A stretch of 63,704 nucleotides of DNA, counting the filler, from Octopus bimaculoides (Eukaryota), in the NCBI RefSeq assembly GCF_001194135.2. It is 4 parts of 4 records of this genome, joined end to end, with 100 filler letters (N's around TTAATTAATTAA, not from the genome) between each part and the next. Parts side by side here need not be neighbours in the genome. Positions count along the whole stretch, not along the records: positions 1 to 26,964 come from NC_069003.1; 3 more parts are not named here. One strand, given 5' to 3'. The notes under the pieces were generated by a model. That model was not told the origin of the DNA and searched no databases. It was given only the letters and a program-made list of their open reading frames with translations. The position numbers and the translations under genes are program-made. Of this stretch, positions 1 to 13,129 are shown in pieces (position 1 is the first letter of the stretch; the number at the start of each line of letters is the position of its first letter).

Positions 1-477
1 ATATATACGTACATACATAAAGAACACATATGTTCGTATGTACATGCAACACATATTCTTTTATTCTAGATATCTTGTATATATATATACCTAAGAATAT
101 ATTTTTCACAGAGTTTCCTACCTATTCTAAAGACGTTAGGGTCTACACTGTGGAGGATTTAGCCGATATTCCCAGCAAACTGCACCACTAATTCGATAAT
201 CGTGTTATCCTCGAAGCTAAGAAGACAAACTTTATTTTTAAAACTTTAATAAATCATTCTCGAGCTTTTTTTTATTTTGAAGTTAAATGTATCTAAAAGA
301 ATGAATATCTGAAGCATTAATCAACATACGATTATGTAAAATGTTGATTAATTGCAATAAACGTCTTGTAAATACGCTCATAGTAGTTCATGTATACAAT
401 ATTTCTGCAAAAGCATACAATAAAATGAACAGTGTTCAACGGACAGAAAAGTGTGTCGTAGAGATTAATTGAAAAAG

Positions 478-559
478 AGAGGCGGAGAGCCAGCCAGGGA
501 GAGAGAGAGAGAGACAAAGATAGAGAAATACGGAGAGAGGGAGAGAGAGAGAAAGAGAA

Positions 560-599
<40 letters not shown>

Positions 600-600
600 T
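478..600. repeat. (GA)n microsatellite
   Basis: Direct GA/AG dinucleotide run. Confidence 0.95.
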
Positions 601-1119
601 GGGGGGGAGGATTTGGAAGGTTTCAAATATCTTTGACCATAACTTACAGATGACTGGTGGATTTGAGCGAAATTTCTTGAAAATCAATCGATAAATTATT
701 AACATTTTTTATAGAAAAAGCAGTTTTTCTCTAAATAATATGTTAAATCTATTTTGTAAGGTAGTCATTCGGGGGCGTCGTAAGAGGCCTGCCGAGCTCA
801 ACTTTGCCCTTTGGCGTCGATAAATAAAGTACCAGCACTGGGTCGCCATGTATATCATTGCTTCATCCTTCTTTGGAATCGTCGGCGCCGCATAACACCA
901 TACACAAATTAATTAAATTAAATTCACAGAACGCCTTCATAAAGGATGTGATCTCAGTGCAAGTAAGAAAAGTAAGCTTTTGGCTGCATAAGACAGTATT
1001 ACAGGCTCTTTCTAAATCGTGGAATCCCTCTTAACATGAACATTGTGGTGAGAGTAATTATTCTAAACATAGTTTTATACGGTAATGAGACCTAGATATA
1101 TATGCATACTTTCACCTGA

Positions 1120-1650
1120 GAATAGTGACAGTAACCTAAGCATGGTACTCACAATATATGAAAACACTAAGCCAGTCTCACTTCAAATGACCCTCGGAAA
1201 GTCTGCGGTATCTCCTGAATGGACAAATGCAGCTAAAACAAATGTAATTGGGAAAATAGTCAAAGTTCTCCACGTCTCGGTACTCATGAGCGGAACACAC
1301 TTTTCGGATGAAGGAGAGTTGAATATTAAAAACACTCTTTTCCAGGAGAACTAGCCAATATTGACATCCACAAGGAGGTCAGCTTAAAGGTCTAGAGACA
1401 TCTTGAAATCTAACCTCAAAGCGTGTGACATTTCCGATGACTGATGACTGATGGCTGGAGAAGACTAACAATATGTCGAAACAAGATGCTTTCAATGCCA
1501 CTGCAACAATCAGATCAAAGAGCTTCATGCAACGCACTACGCCAAAGTTCAAGAGCAACCATCACAACTAAATAATACGCCAGAGCAGTCCATCAACGTC
1601 AATGCTATTTGCAGATTGGTTTGATCAGCCATCATAGTCGCCATGACTAC
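1120..1650 (+). mobile_element. RTE-clade LINE, degenerate ORF2 3' end
   Basis: Frameshifted translation gives SHFK*PRKVCGIS*MDK, GEL...PQGGQLK.RDILKSNLKACDI, and a terminal C2H2-like ending ..GLISH. These are typical RTE/BovB C-terminal motifs. Confidence 0.75.
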
Positions 1651-1709
1651 TGAATTAACATGGGAGAGAAAGGAAATCCATTGTCATCATATGTGCGTGT
1701 GTGAAAGTC

Positions 1710-1750
1710 TATGTATGTATGTATGTATGTATGTATGTATGTATGTACGT
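1710..1750. repeat. (TATG)n microsatellite
   Basis: Direct tetranucleotide run. Confidence 0.9.
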
Positions 1751-2428
1751 ATTCTCTTTCTCTTTTTAATTTGGAGTAAATTTTGACCGGCCACCGACTT
1801 GGTTGCAAGGTTGTGAAGGAAAGTATCATCATTTAACTGTAATTCTTTGAATCTTAAGATTGTGTAACCTTTTATAGTCCCAGATATCGTGATCGTATGT
1901 ATCGTATGAATTAAGGATTCCAGGTTCAGCCATACTTTGTTCCAGACATTTTAATATCTATCTTGTGGCTCCACGTATGCATGTATGTCGTTATACAGTT
2001 TTATTCCAAGATTTCTAGCCAATAGGAAAAAAGCCGGTTTCTAACCTAGACCCAAGGTTCCTTCATTGATACTTCAACATCAGTAGGGTAGTTTTATACG
2101 TACGTACGTATGTATGTATGTATGTATGTATGTATGTATGTATAGGTGTAGATGTGTATGTTTTGTTTGATGTGTGTGTTCTCAGGCATATAGTTGCATA
2201 TCTAAACAGGCTCATATATACTTAAATGATAAACTCCAGCTCATCATTTTACAGATTTTTACAGTTCCAGTGATAGCTTGGATCTGTAGTCTTTGAATAA
2301 GCTCTCTCTCTCCTTTCTGGCTTTGAAAAGATTATTTCTTAAGATTGATATTTAGACAGTGCATTACATATCCCAGTGCCTCAATATTGCAAGCAAGCAA
2401 GCAAGATCCAAGCCGAATTTATATATAT

Positions 2429-2477
<49 letters not shown>

Positions 2478-2874
2478 NNNNNNNNNNNNNNNNNNNNNNN
2501 NNNNNNNNNNNNNNNNNNNNNNNNNNNNNNNNNNNNNNNNNNNNNNNNNNNNNNNNNNNNNNNNNNNNNNNNNNNNNNNNNNNNNNNNNNNNNNNNNNNN
2601 NNNNNNNNNNNNNNNNNNNNNNNNNNNNNNNNNNNNNNNNNNNNNNNNNNNNNNNNNNNNNNNNNNNNNNNNNNNNNNNNNNNNNNNNNNNNNNNNNNNN
2701 NNNNNNNNNNNNNNNNNNNNNNNNNNNNNNNNNNNNNNNNNNNNNNNNNNNNNNNNNNNNNNNNNNNNNNNNNNNNNNNNNNNNNNNNNTATACTTGTAA
2801 TTCTTAGGGAGATTCAGCGTGAAACGGAATGTGATAAGGCTGGCCATCTAAATTACAGGTATGTGTGTGAGTGT

Positions 2875-2932
2875 GCAGACAGACAGACAGGCAGGCAGGC
2901 AGACAGGCATACATACAGACAGACAGATAGAC

Positions 2933-3004
<72 letters not shown>

Positions 3005-3005
3005 C
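2875..3005. repeat. (GACA)n/(GATA)n compound microsatellite
   Basis: Direct repeat run. Confidence 0.95.
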
Positions 3006-3282
3006 GACAGGTATTATACATATGTAAAACATTATAACCAGCAATTGACAGATCATACGAATATAGTTAAGCTGCTTGGAGTAAGGAGTTTAATGTACAA
3101 GATCTGACTGATAAGAGATTTCATTAAACTCAGTGAGGCGAAGAAAATACATTATGAAACGCTTGAAGACATTTTAGGACAAAGTATTTCATGAAGTGTC
3201 TTCGGACGAAATAATATGTATTTTGTTGGACTCTGTCTTTAATAATAAAAGACACACGCACAGACACCTATATGTATACATA

Positions 3283-3336
<54 letters not shown>

Positions 3337-4174
3337 CGCAAAATCATATGCACAGACATATATTGGTCAATATTCATACATATATATATATATATATAGA
3401 AGAATAAATAATCCATGCATACGCATATGAAAATAACGTATATCTTCTGCAGTGAACTGCTATTATCTGTTGGCAAGAAATCCACGAAGAGGAGTGAAAA
3501 TGAAATACAAATGACGAAGAAAAGAATAAATGTGAAGGTATTTATGACATGCAAAGAATAAAATCGATGATTTCTCAGTGCGTGGCTTTACCAAAATGGC
3601 AAATACAATGAAAGCAACGACATATCCAGATGCAGGTCGATTGTGGAAACGGTAGGGGTTTTTTTTGGTTTTGTTTTTGTTTTTATTCACAGCAAAGGCT
3701 GAATAATGTGAGCTGATGCTTGGGCACGAAAACGGTATACACGTGTATGTATGTATGTATGTATGTGTGTGTGTTATATTTCTATGCATGTATACATGCA
3801 TGTATATGCGTATGTATATAAGCAGGTGTGTATATTGTATTGGCTGAATCAGTATATTTGCATCATATACACATCTGTATCTATATAATTGTATCCATAC
3901 GCATATGTATACGTATATAATAGTATACACATACACATACGTACACACGCACACCCACACACATATATATACACACATATATACACCTAGAACCACGCTT
4001 ATATCTTAGGAGTGAAATTTAGGATTTCTCGGTTTTCTGTTAAACGATTTTGATAAAAATTTTCCCAGCTGGTTTGCACACCATGGCAACACCATTGTTA
4101 TGTTTTCATTATTCTGTGTACAGTCCCTTCTTTTTTATTTCAAATTCTTCAGTTTTGGGGTGAACCACGCTAAC

Positions 4175-4616
4175 AGCGTCCCTCCACGTAGAAAAAGCCT
4201 TATCGATGAAGAAAAGTCTGTCATCATCTGGGAAAGTGCTACAGGCACCTCTCTTCATGTCACTGCGGAGAAGTCAAGTCGTCATGTGGACACGGTTAGA
4301 CGATTTCTGAAGAACCCTTCACCAAGGAAGAAAAGATCTGATTGCGGGACCTCCAAGACTGTGACAGCTAGGGATTTAAGGAATATTGGTCGAATGTTAC
4401 GTGGGAAACCTGGGCATACAAACAAAGCCAATTTCACCGCCTCCGGACTTCCTCATGTACCGAAAACCACCAGAAATCTCATCCGTGGGACCATGGCTTC
4501 CGTGCAAGAATTCCTGAAACAGCCTCGGCACAGGAGTTTGAGGTTTCAATGGGCCCAAAAGTAGATGACGTTAGACATAAGTTGTGTTCTGTTCACTAAT
4601 GAAACCAGGGCAAGAT
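4175..4616 (+). mobile_element. Tc1-family transposase remnant (N-terminal HTH to start of DDE domain)
   Basis: PRRKSLIDEEKSVII...RHVDTVRRFL...RKKRSDCG..KTVT.RDLR...RLRFQWAQK*MTLDISCVLFTNETRA resembles Tc1 WA..Y...DW..VLFSDE. It is truncated by a SINE. Confidence 0.8.
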
Positions 4617-4867
4617 TGAGCGTGACACAGTGTGACAAGGCTGGCTCTTTGAAATACAGGTACAACAGAAACAGGAAGAAAGAGTGAGAGAGTGAAAGTT
4701 GTGGTGGAAGAGTATAGTAGGGTTTGCCACTATCGACCTGACGGAGTCTCGTGGAGTTTTTAGGTGTTTTTGCTCAATAAACACTCACAACGCCCGGTCT
4801 GGGAATCGAAACCGTGATCCTATGACCGCGAGTCCGCTGCCCTAACCACTGGGCCATTGCACCTCCA
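4617..4867 (-). mobile_element. tRNA-derived SINE, family C (5' part)
   Basis: Reverse complement has A box TGGCCCAGTGG and B box GGTTTCGATTCC, and is homologous to 44257-44723. Confidence 0.85.
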
Positions 4868-5000
4868 CATTATAACTGTATATATTTGTAAAAGGATAAA
4901 NNNNNNNNNNNNNNNNNNNNNNNNNNNNNNNNNNNNNNNNNNNNNNNNNNNNNNNNNNNNNNNNNNNNNNNNNNNNNNNNNNNNNNNNNNNNNNNNNNNN

Positions 5001-5044
<44 letters not shown>

Positions 5045-6881
5045 TTGCACGTGCTTGTGCATGTTAGTAGTTTATATACTGTGCCTATCTTAATACATCA
5101 TAATCATACACCTTTTTTTTTTCCTTCAGCAATTCACAAATTTACAATATTGAATTTTGCTAGAAAATATATCAAATACTTCACGGGTGATGGCGGTGTA
5201 AAGTTTAAAAAGGAAAAGCCCACCATATTAACTGCTGCTTATTCTTTGTCAAATTAAGAATGTCTATATTTCAGGACATCACTAGCTTTGTTTAGTTGGT
5301 GATTAATTATATCGCTCTGACATTCGGTGTTTGGCAGACTGTGTTGCTAAAGATCCTTAGTGCAGCGAAATCACATCATACAACAATATTATCCGTTTGG
5401 TTCTGACAAAATATCGTCAACCGATTATCTGGGCATTTGAGTATTTGACGTCTACATGAGATGATTTCTCGGGACGTTTACTACAGTGCTACAATAGTAA
5501 TAAATATTAATTAGCACTACCGGGTCAGGTTTGATGTATTAATGAATATATACTTTTATTGAAGCAGTTAACCAAGATTACTTTTTATGATTTGGTTTCC
5601 ACAAGTTAATTTAGATTTGATAATATTCCCTTTGTAGTGGTTAATAAGATAGAGCTGCACAGTCAATATGTATAGATGCACAAAGCCTACGTGAATTTCC
5701 CGGCGTATATGAACTTCAAAATGAATAGATGTGTGCGTGCATGCAAGTGTGTGTGTGTGTGTGCACACGTGCGTGCGTGTGTGTGTGTTTGGTGTACGTG
5801 TCTGTATGTTGGGTGTATGCGTGTGTGTGTTGTGTTTGTGTGTGTCTGTTAGGTGTGTATTTGTGTATGTGTGTGAGTTTAAAGACGTACGTAGTACATA
5901 TATAAACATGTCAGAGTTAACTATTTCTCTGTATACTGAAAAAAATAAACAGCCTTAACCGGTTTTCGAAACTTATTGAGCTCACATCAGAGTCTAAATA
6001 ACTTAAAACAATCCCAGAGAAATTGGTAGTAGTTTATGTGCGCAACAATTCCAGTAACTTCAGAGAACTGGAACTACTAATTTGCATATATGCACTGAGT
6101 TAGGATATATAATCCAGACGTTTACCCCATGAAGCACTTTTAGGGATAGCAGCTATGAAAAAATTAAAAGAGAGTAACTCCATTACGACGCTATGGCTCT
6201 GAAGATCCACAAGTTAACCAGATTTATCGTGGTTGTCGGAATCAATAAAACGTTCACACTTTGATATGCAGACAATAAGTATGCTAATCGAACAACGTTT
6301 CATATCAGCGATTGCCTCGAAGTACTTGATGATAAAAGACAGACACCCAGCCATTTTATTTACAGAAGGCAAGACGGCTGGATACATACTTGTATTCCTT
6401 AGCCGAACTGTTAAGCTACAACGCTACAACGGACCCAATTATCTTATCAAATCCTTCTACACTCCCTTCATCTGTTTTACTCGTTCTATTCGTATATTTC
6501 TTTTGAATGTATATGATTTCTAGCAACCGCGCACTGCAGAATGATATTATTGTACTTATCGGCGTGATTGTCAAATCGATCAGNNNNNNNNNNNNNNNNN
6601 NNNNNNNNNNNNNNNNNNNNNNNNNNNNNNNNNNNNNNNNNNNNNNNNNNNNNNNNNNNNNNNNNTTATGAGCGGTAGTGGTGTCAATTAGTACCAGGTG
6701 TTTCAGGTAATGTTGAGTAAGTGCTATGAATAGACCATAGTTAAGCTGCAGGTTCGGTGATTATGCGAATAAGGGGTCCAACGTAGGTCATATATCAACG
6801 TGTGAATATAAGGATTTACTTTTCGTATGGGATTAAAAAAAACCAAGGCTGTGTATAATATAGAACATTTATAAATAGAAG

Positions 6882-6929
6882 GTCTTACAGCTGTTTCCTG
6901 GATATTTATTATATCCCTTCATCGGAGAC
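6882..6929 (-). ncRNA. Minimal type I hammerhead ribozyme-like motif
   Basis: Minus strand reads GTCT-CCGATGA-agGGATATaataaATATCCag-GAAAC-AGCT-GTA-AGAC: helix I GTCT/AGAC, helix II, palindromic AGCT loop, GUA cleavage triplet. Confidence 0.65.
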
Positions 6930-7249
6930 GGTGTGAGAGGATGGTAAAGCAGTAGTTAATTTAGATAATATAGGAAATAGAGTTTATACACTGTGTATAG
7001 ACTCTGTATTTGGAATGACCAATTTCAAAGACTGTTGGATTTTACTTATAGGGTATTGGAATCTTAAAAATGGATTTACAAACGCAATGACCAATCTTAA
7101 GGACTATTGGATTTTACTCACAAGGTATTGGAATCTTATATGTATATCATTCCGCCTAAACAATGGATTTACAAATACAATATCCCTGCATTCACTCTCT
7201 ATTTCCTATATTATCTAAATTAACTATTGCTTTACCATCCTCTCACACC

Positions 7250-7297
7250 GTCTCCGATGAAGGGATATAATAAATATCCTGGAAACAGCTGTAAGAC
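7250..7297 (+). ncRNA. Minimal type I hammerhead ribozyme-like motif
   Basis: GTCT-CCGATGA-agGGATATaataaATATCCtg-GAAAC-AGCT-GTA-AGAC; predicted cleavage after 7293. Confidence 0.65.
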
Positions 7298-9246
7298 CTA
7301 TTTATAAAAGTTCTAAAATATACACAGCCTTGGTTTTAATTTATCTCATTACAAAAAGTAAATCCTTATATANNNNNNNNNNNNNNNNNNNNNNNNNNNN
7401 NNNNNNNNNNNNNNNNNNNNNNNNNNNNNNNNNNNNNNNNNNNNNNNNNNNNNNNNNNNNNNNNNNNNNNNNNNNNNNNNNNNNNNNNNNNNNNNNNNNN
7501 NNNNNNNNNNNNNNNNNNNNNNNNNNNNNNNNNNNNNNNNNNNNNNNNNNNNNNNNNNNNNNNNNNNNNNNNNNNNNNNNNNNNNNNNNNNNNNNNNNNN
7601 NNNNNNNNNNNNNNNNNNNNNNNNNNNNNNNNNNNNNNNNNNNNNNNNNNNNNNNNNNNNNNNNNNNNNNNNNNNNNNNNNNNNNNNNNNNNNNNNNNNN
7701 NNNNNNNNNNNNNNNNNNNNNNNNNNNNNNNNNNNNNNNNNNNNNNNNNNNNNNNNNNNNNNNNNNNNNNNNNNNNNNNNNNNNNNNNNNNNNNNNNNNN
7801 NNNNNNNNNNNNNNNNNNNNNNNNNNNNNNNNNNNNNNNNNNNNNNNNNNNNNNNNNNNNNNNNNNNNNNNNNNNNNNNNNNNNNNNNNNNNNNNNNNNN
7901 NNNNNNNNNNNNNNNNNNNNNNNNNNNNNNNNNNNNNNNNNNNNNNNNNNNNNNNNNNNNNNNNNNNNNNNNNNNNNNNNNNNNNNNNNNNNNNNNNNNN
8001 NNNNNNNNNNNNNNNNNNNNNNNNNNNNNNNNNNNNNNNNNNNNNNNNNNNNNNNNNNNNNNNNNNNNNNNNNNNNNNNNNNNNNNNNNNNNNNNNNNNN
8101 NNNNNNNNNNNNNNNNNNNNNNNNNNNNNNNNNNNNNNNNNNNNNNNNNNNNNNNNNNNNNNNNNNNNNNNNNNNNNNNNNNNNNNNNNNNNNNNNNNNN
8201 NNNNNNNNNNNNNNNNNNNNNNNNNNNNNNNNNNNNNNNNNNNNNNNNNNNNNNNNNNNNNNNNNTATATATATATATATTATATATATATATACATATA
8301 TATTATATATATATATATACATATATATATACATATACATTATGTATATGTTCATATTCATGCATGTATGTGTGTACTCATGAGTTTGTGTATGTATACT
8401 CTGAGCACATCTAAACACATTATAACAAGCTGCTTCCTTTTACCATTTTAGATCATTTTTCTCCAATTATCAGCAAATTTAATCTGAAAATTTCTTTAAT
8501 GCCCTTGCGAGTAATGACGGTGTAAAGTGTGACAAGAAAAAAGACGCCATTTTGACTACCGCTTTGTTATTTCAAAGTTGCCGAGTTGAAAATATTTATG
8601 TCTATGTTATTCTAATTAATTTCTGAGCACTGATCATTAAGATGATTTTGACCGAATGCATTTTCATTCGGTGAACTATTTGTTTGTTTGTTTGTTTCTT
8701 TCTTTCTTTATTTATTTATTTATTTATTTATTTCATTCATTCTTTCTTTCTTATTTACTTTTTTCAGTGATGTATTTATTAATGCAATTATTTATTATTT
8801 CTTTCCTGAAATATCATTTGCTTGGACAAATCTCAAAACCGTTGATCAGACGTGTAATTTAACAAACCAGCACTTGACCAGCAATAAAAGGCGACTGTTT
8901 TCCTATTTTTATATTTTTTCGGTTTCTTCAGGGCCAGATGGTTATCGACCATTAGATTTGTTTCTTTTTAGGGAATTGAAGATGAGTTGAAGAAATGAAG
9001 GAAGTTTCTTCTTAAGTGATATATATGCTTCGAATGTATATATGGACCAACTAGTAGTCTTCCTCGCTTTGTATCTATGTGAAAAAAAACCATCATTATG
9101 AATGGTTTAATCGATGGAGAGTCGGATAAAATAGCTTGTGGGACTTGATTAAGTCGCTTATGTTTTGAGTTCAAAACTGGCATTTATTGACTTTGCCTTT
9201 CATCTTTTCCCGCCTAAATGTGTGACGTTATCTTTTATCTTCTATC

Positions 9247-9620
9247 TTTTACATGTTTCAGTCATTAGACTGCTGCCATGCTGGGTCACCGCCTTGAATT
9301 TTAGTCGAATGAATCGACCCCATTACTTACTTTTTAAGTCTGGTACCTATTCTATCAGTTACCTTTACCGAACCGCTAAGTTACGGGAACGTAAACACAC
9401 CAACGCCAGTTATCAAGTGATGATGGGGGAACAAATACAGACACAAAGACACACGTATATATACATATATACGACGGTCTTCTTTCAGTTTCTGTCTACT
9501 TAATCCACTCACAGGGCTTTGGTAAGCCCGAAGCTATAGTAGAATACACTTGCCCAAGGTGCCACGCAGTGGGACTGAACCCGAAGCCATGTGTTTGGGA
9601 AGCAAGCTTCTTACCACACA
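9247..9620 (-). mobile_element. tRNA-derived SINE, family A (near full length)
   Basis: Head ..GGTTCAGTCCCACTGCGTGGCACCTTGGGCAAGT.. and tail ..ATGACTGAAAC..; several homologues in the window. Confidence 0.85.
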
Positions 9621-9879
9621 ATGTTTGTTCGTGATAAAAAAATATTATTTGGAATCTTTTCTATTTAATGCTATCGGCCGTTCCTATTGAAATACGTGCT
9701 AAACTTTTTGGTACATTCACTCACTCACTCTATCCCTTTCTCCATCTCTTTCCTGCATTGTCCAAATTTGTGACAGGGTTCAATACAGCAATATTTTTGC
9801 CTGTTAATTGTACAAATGACTGCTTCTCTGTTTAATCAAGAATCGCCTTCTGTTCGTCATTAAAGAATAGACTTGCTAC

Positions 9880-10340
9880 CGAACCTTTCCTGGGAAAAAT
9901 GAATTCGACAATGGTTGGTACCGAATGAAAAGGGAGAATTCATCCCCTAACTAGGATTACACCGAAATGTGTCGTCTGTTATGAAATGTTAAACCAAAAT
10001 GAAAAATCAATGTGTATTGTCGTCAGTTAAATGTCTTGTCGCCTGCTAGAAGCATTGCACAAAAAATGCTGGAAAAGTGCCCATTGTAGGTCAGTTGTAA
10101 AGGGATATTCTTGTTACATGATAATAAAAGATCACATAGTGTCCAAGTCTCTCAAGCAAAGCTTATGACACTAAATGTGGAGGTTTCACTCTCCTGACAT
10201 TGCATCATCTTTTCAGATAATCTTTTCAGATTATTGCAACATTATTTGGAGGGGACAGTTATTTTAATTAAGGGTTTGTTCGAAACATGAAGAATTTTAT
10301 GCCCGACAGATCAAAAATTTGCCAAAAAGATGGGATTGGG
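9880..10340 (+). mobile_element. Mariner transposase remnant (catalytic domain)
   Basis: Frameshifted translation: WLVPNEKG..LGLH; YCRQL; KGIFLLHDNKRSHS..QAKLMTLNVEV..HSPDIAS..LFRLLQHYLEG. This matches mariner LLHDNARPH / YSPDLAPSD motifs. Confidence 0.8.
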
Positions 10341-11056
10341 GTTCTGTTATCAAAACTGAGGGGAAATATCTTGATTAAATATTTCAGTTAAGACCAGAGA
10401 AACATTTCTTTCTTCCTCATCTTCATATGTGACAACTTAATAATATATACATATCTCGTAAAATAATACACACATATTTCGTAAAATAAGTTAATCATTT
10501 TTACGATGATGTTTAAGAACATATATTAACATGAAATTTTGATGGCAGGTAGACAACTATAAAAACATTCATTTTGTAGCAGAGAACTGGAAGCACTTTC
10601 AGAGTTCAACTAATTATTAAATACCATTTGCACCTGCTAAGATATATTTAAGAACGCTGGCAGTGACAATTCTTTAAGATACTTTATCAACATTTATTAT
10701 ATATTACAAGCAAGATTCTCTACCACCGTTGTCTCTCTCTTTCTCTATTTCTACCTCTCTCTCCCCTCTCTCATTCATCATACACTCCTTTCTCTCTCTC
10801 TCTCTCTCTCTCTCTNNNNNNNNNNNNNNNNNNNNNNNNNNNNNNNNNNNNNNNNNNNNNNNNNNNNNNNNNNNNNNNNNNNNNNNNNNNNNNNNNNNNN
10901 NNNNNNNNNNNNNNNNNNNNNNNNNNNNNNNNNNNNNNNNNNNNNNNNNNNNNNNNNNNNNNNNNNNNNNNNNNNNNNNNNNNNNNNNNNNNNNNNNNNN
11001 NNNNNNNNNNNNNNNNNNNNNNNNNNNNNNNNNNNNNNNNNNNNNNNNNNNNNNNN

Positions 11057-11291
11057 GCTTGCTTTCCAACCACATGGTTCCGGGTTCAGTCCCACTGTGT
11101 GGCACCTTGGGCAAGTGTCTTCTACTATAGCCACAGCCGACCAAATCCTCGTGAGTGGATTCGGTAGACGGATTTGGAAGCCCGTCGTATATATGTATAT
11201 GTATATGTATATATGTGTGTGTGTGTGTGTGTGTGTTTGTGTGTCTGTGTTTGCCCCCCCCCCCACAACATCGCTTGACAACCGATGCTTT
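11057..11291 (+). mobile_element. SINE family A (5' and middle part)
   Basis: GGTTCCGGGTTCAGTCCCACTGTGTGGCACCTTGGGCAAGTGTC, followed by the internal microsatellite. Confidence 0.85.
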
Positions 11292-12610
11292 CAGTTATAT
11301 TAATGCTTATATTTAGCTTCAGCTTTTTACCTTGTTTTCTTTTACATTTTAATTCCAGTCATGAATATTTGGGTAAGGATTACCACTTATAGTTGCAGGA
11401 ATTAAGTATTCCATTTTCATCGTGAAAAGAATTATGGTGTTCGCAGCATTCTCTGAAATGTGGAGTTTAGATTCCTATTTCTGCTAGTCCCATCTCTGGA
11501 GCATGGATCGTTTCACGCCCATAATTAATTGAAAGATGTAGCTTACAGCTTGTCGTTGAACTTTGAGATGTAGTTTTGTAGAATTTATTTGGCCGTTTCT
11601 CTCAGTTTCATTCCATGTGGAATTGCTTTTGTTTAATGCCTGATTTTAATTTCAAATTTCGTGTCAATCAAATCTAGAACTTAACATCATTGCTTTGTTT
11701 TGTGATCATTATTGCCCTCACTTCTTATTTAAGAAAGATAGAATCAGATTTAGAGAGATTTATCCTTGCAATTAAAAGTCTCTTACTGTTGATAACGAGG
11801 CATTTGAGAACAAGACATTTGATAAGTAATTTGAGAACGAGGCATCGATAACTTTCCTGGAATCTTGCTGGCGATGATGGTTGATAATGTGTTGAAAAAT
11901 TGTACTCCAGTGTCCATCCATTAATTGAATGGTGATAAACCATTGAGATATTGAGATATTTTGTTTGCATTCCGTCAACAAGGCAACACAGAGTCTATCG
12001 ATAAACACCGCCTTTCGCTGAATAACTCTAGCTGACTGTCAACACGTACTACTATATATGTGGAAGATCCAAAGCAATGTATTTCATTAAAGTATATTTC
12101 GTTAAAGTGTCGCTTGATATACAGAAAGCAATGACAAACTAAACAGTACTCAATCTTAGACTGGAATTCCCAAATGTCTAGAACAATATTGCTGTTCAAC
12201 GTGAACTCTTGTTTGAATTGTGAGCTATGTTTTATGATTAATGTATTACAAAGATACCAACAACTTGAACATCATGCACATACATCTATCAATGATCTTT
12301 AGAAGCGAAAGCTTTGCTATCATCAAGTAGAAGTCTCACGCACATTCAGTGATGACTTGGTTTTGTAACTATCGCAATTATCACACCTGTATAATGAAAA
12401 GCAGGATAATACACGATTGTTTCACAGGTATTGCGCAGTGGCTAACAGAAATTATACAGGGATGCACAGAGATACATTTAGACTAGCAGTTTCCAATTTT
12501 AATTTGCCAAAGAATCTTTATATAATTACAAAAATATCCTATATTTTCCACGTAATTCCGCCTCCCTCATTTAAATAAAACGTTAAATAAAAGAAAATAT
12601 TATAGAGAGA

Positions 12611-12685
<75 letters not shown>

Positions 12686-13129
12686 NNNNNNNNNNNNNNN
12701 NNNNNNNNNNNNNNNNNNNNNNNNNNNNNNNNNNNNNNNNNNNNNNNNNNNNNNNNNNNNNNNNNNNNNNNNNNNNNNNNNNNNNNNNNNNNNNNNNNNN
12801 NNNNNNNNNNNNNNNNNNNNNNNNNNNNNNNNNNNNNNNNNNNNNNNNNNNNNNNNNNNNNNNNNNNNNNNNNNNNNNNNNNNNNNNNNNNNNNNNNNNN
12901 NNNNNNNNNNNNNNNNNNNNNNNNNNNNNNNNNNNNNNNNNNNNNNNNNNNNNNNNNNNNNNNNNNNNNNNNNNNNNNNNNNNNNNNNNNNNNNNNNNNN
13001 NNNNNNNNNNNNNNNNNNNNNNNNNNNNNNNNNNNNNNNNNNNNNATATATACATATATAATATATATATATTATATATATGTATGTATGTATATATGTA
13101 TGTATGCTTGTATATATGTGTGATAATAG

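Larger units (their letters stand above)
6839..7337. mobile_element. Fold-back element with about 140-bp inverted arms, probably Penelope-like-element derived
   Basis: Left arm 6839-6982 is the near-perfect reverse complement of right arm 7197-7337. Each arm carries a hammerhead-like motif. Confidence 0.7.

Noticed and set aside
11740-12420. Protein-like unique sequence, possibly a decayed DNA transposase
   Set aside because: Stops in all frames and no diagnostic motif I can name; left unannotated pending tBLASTx.
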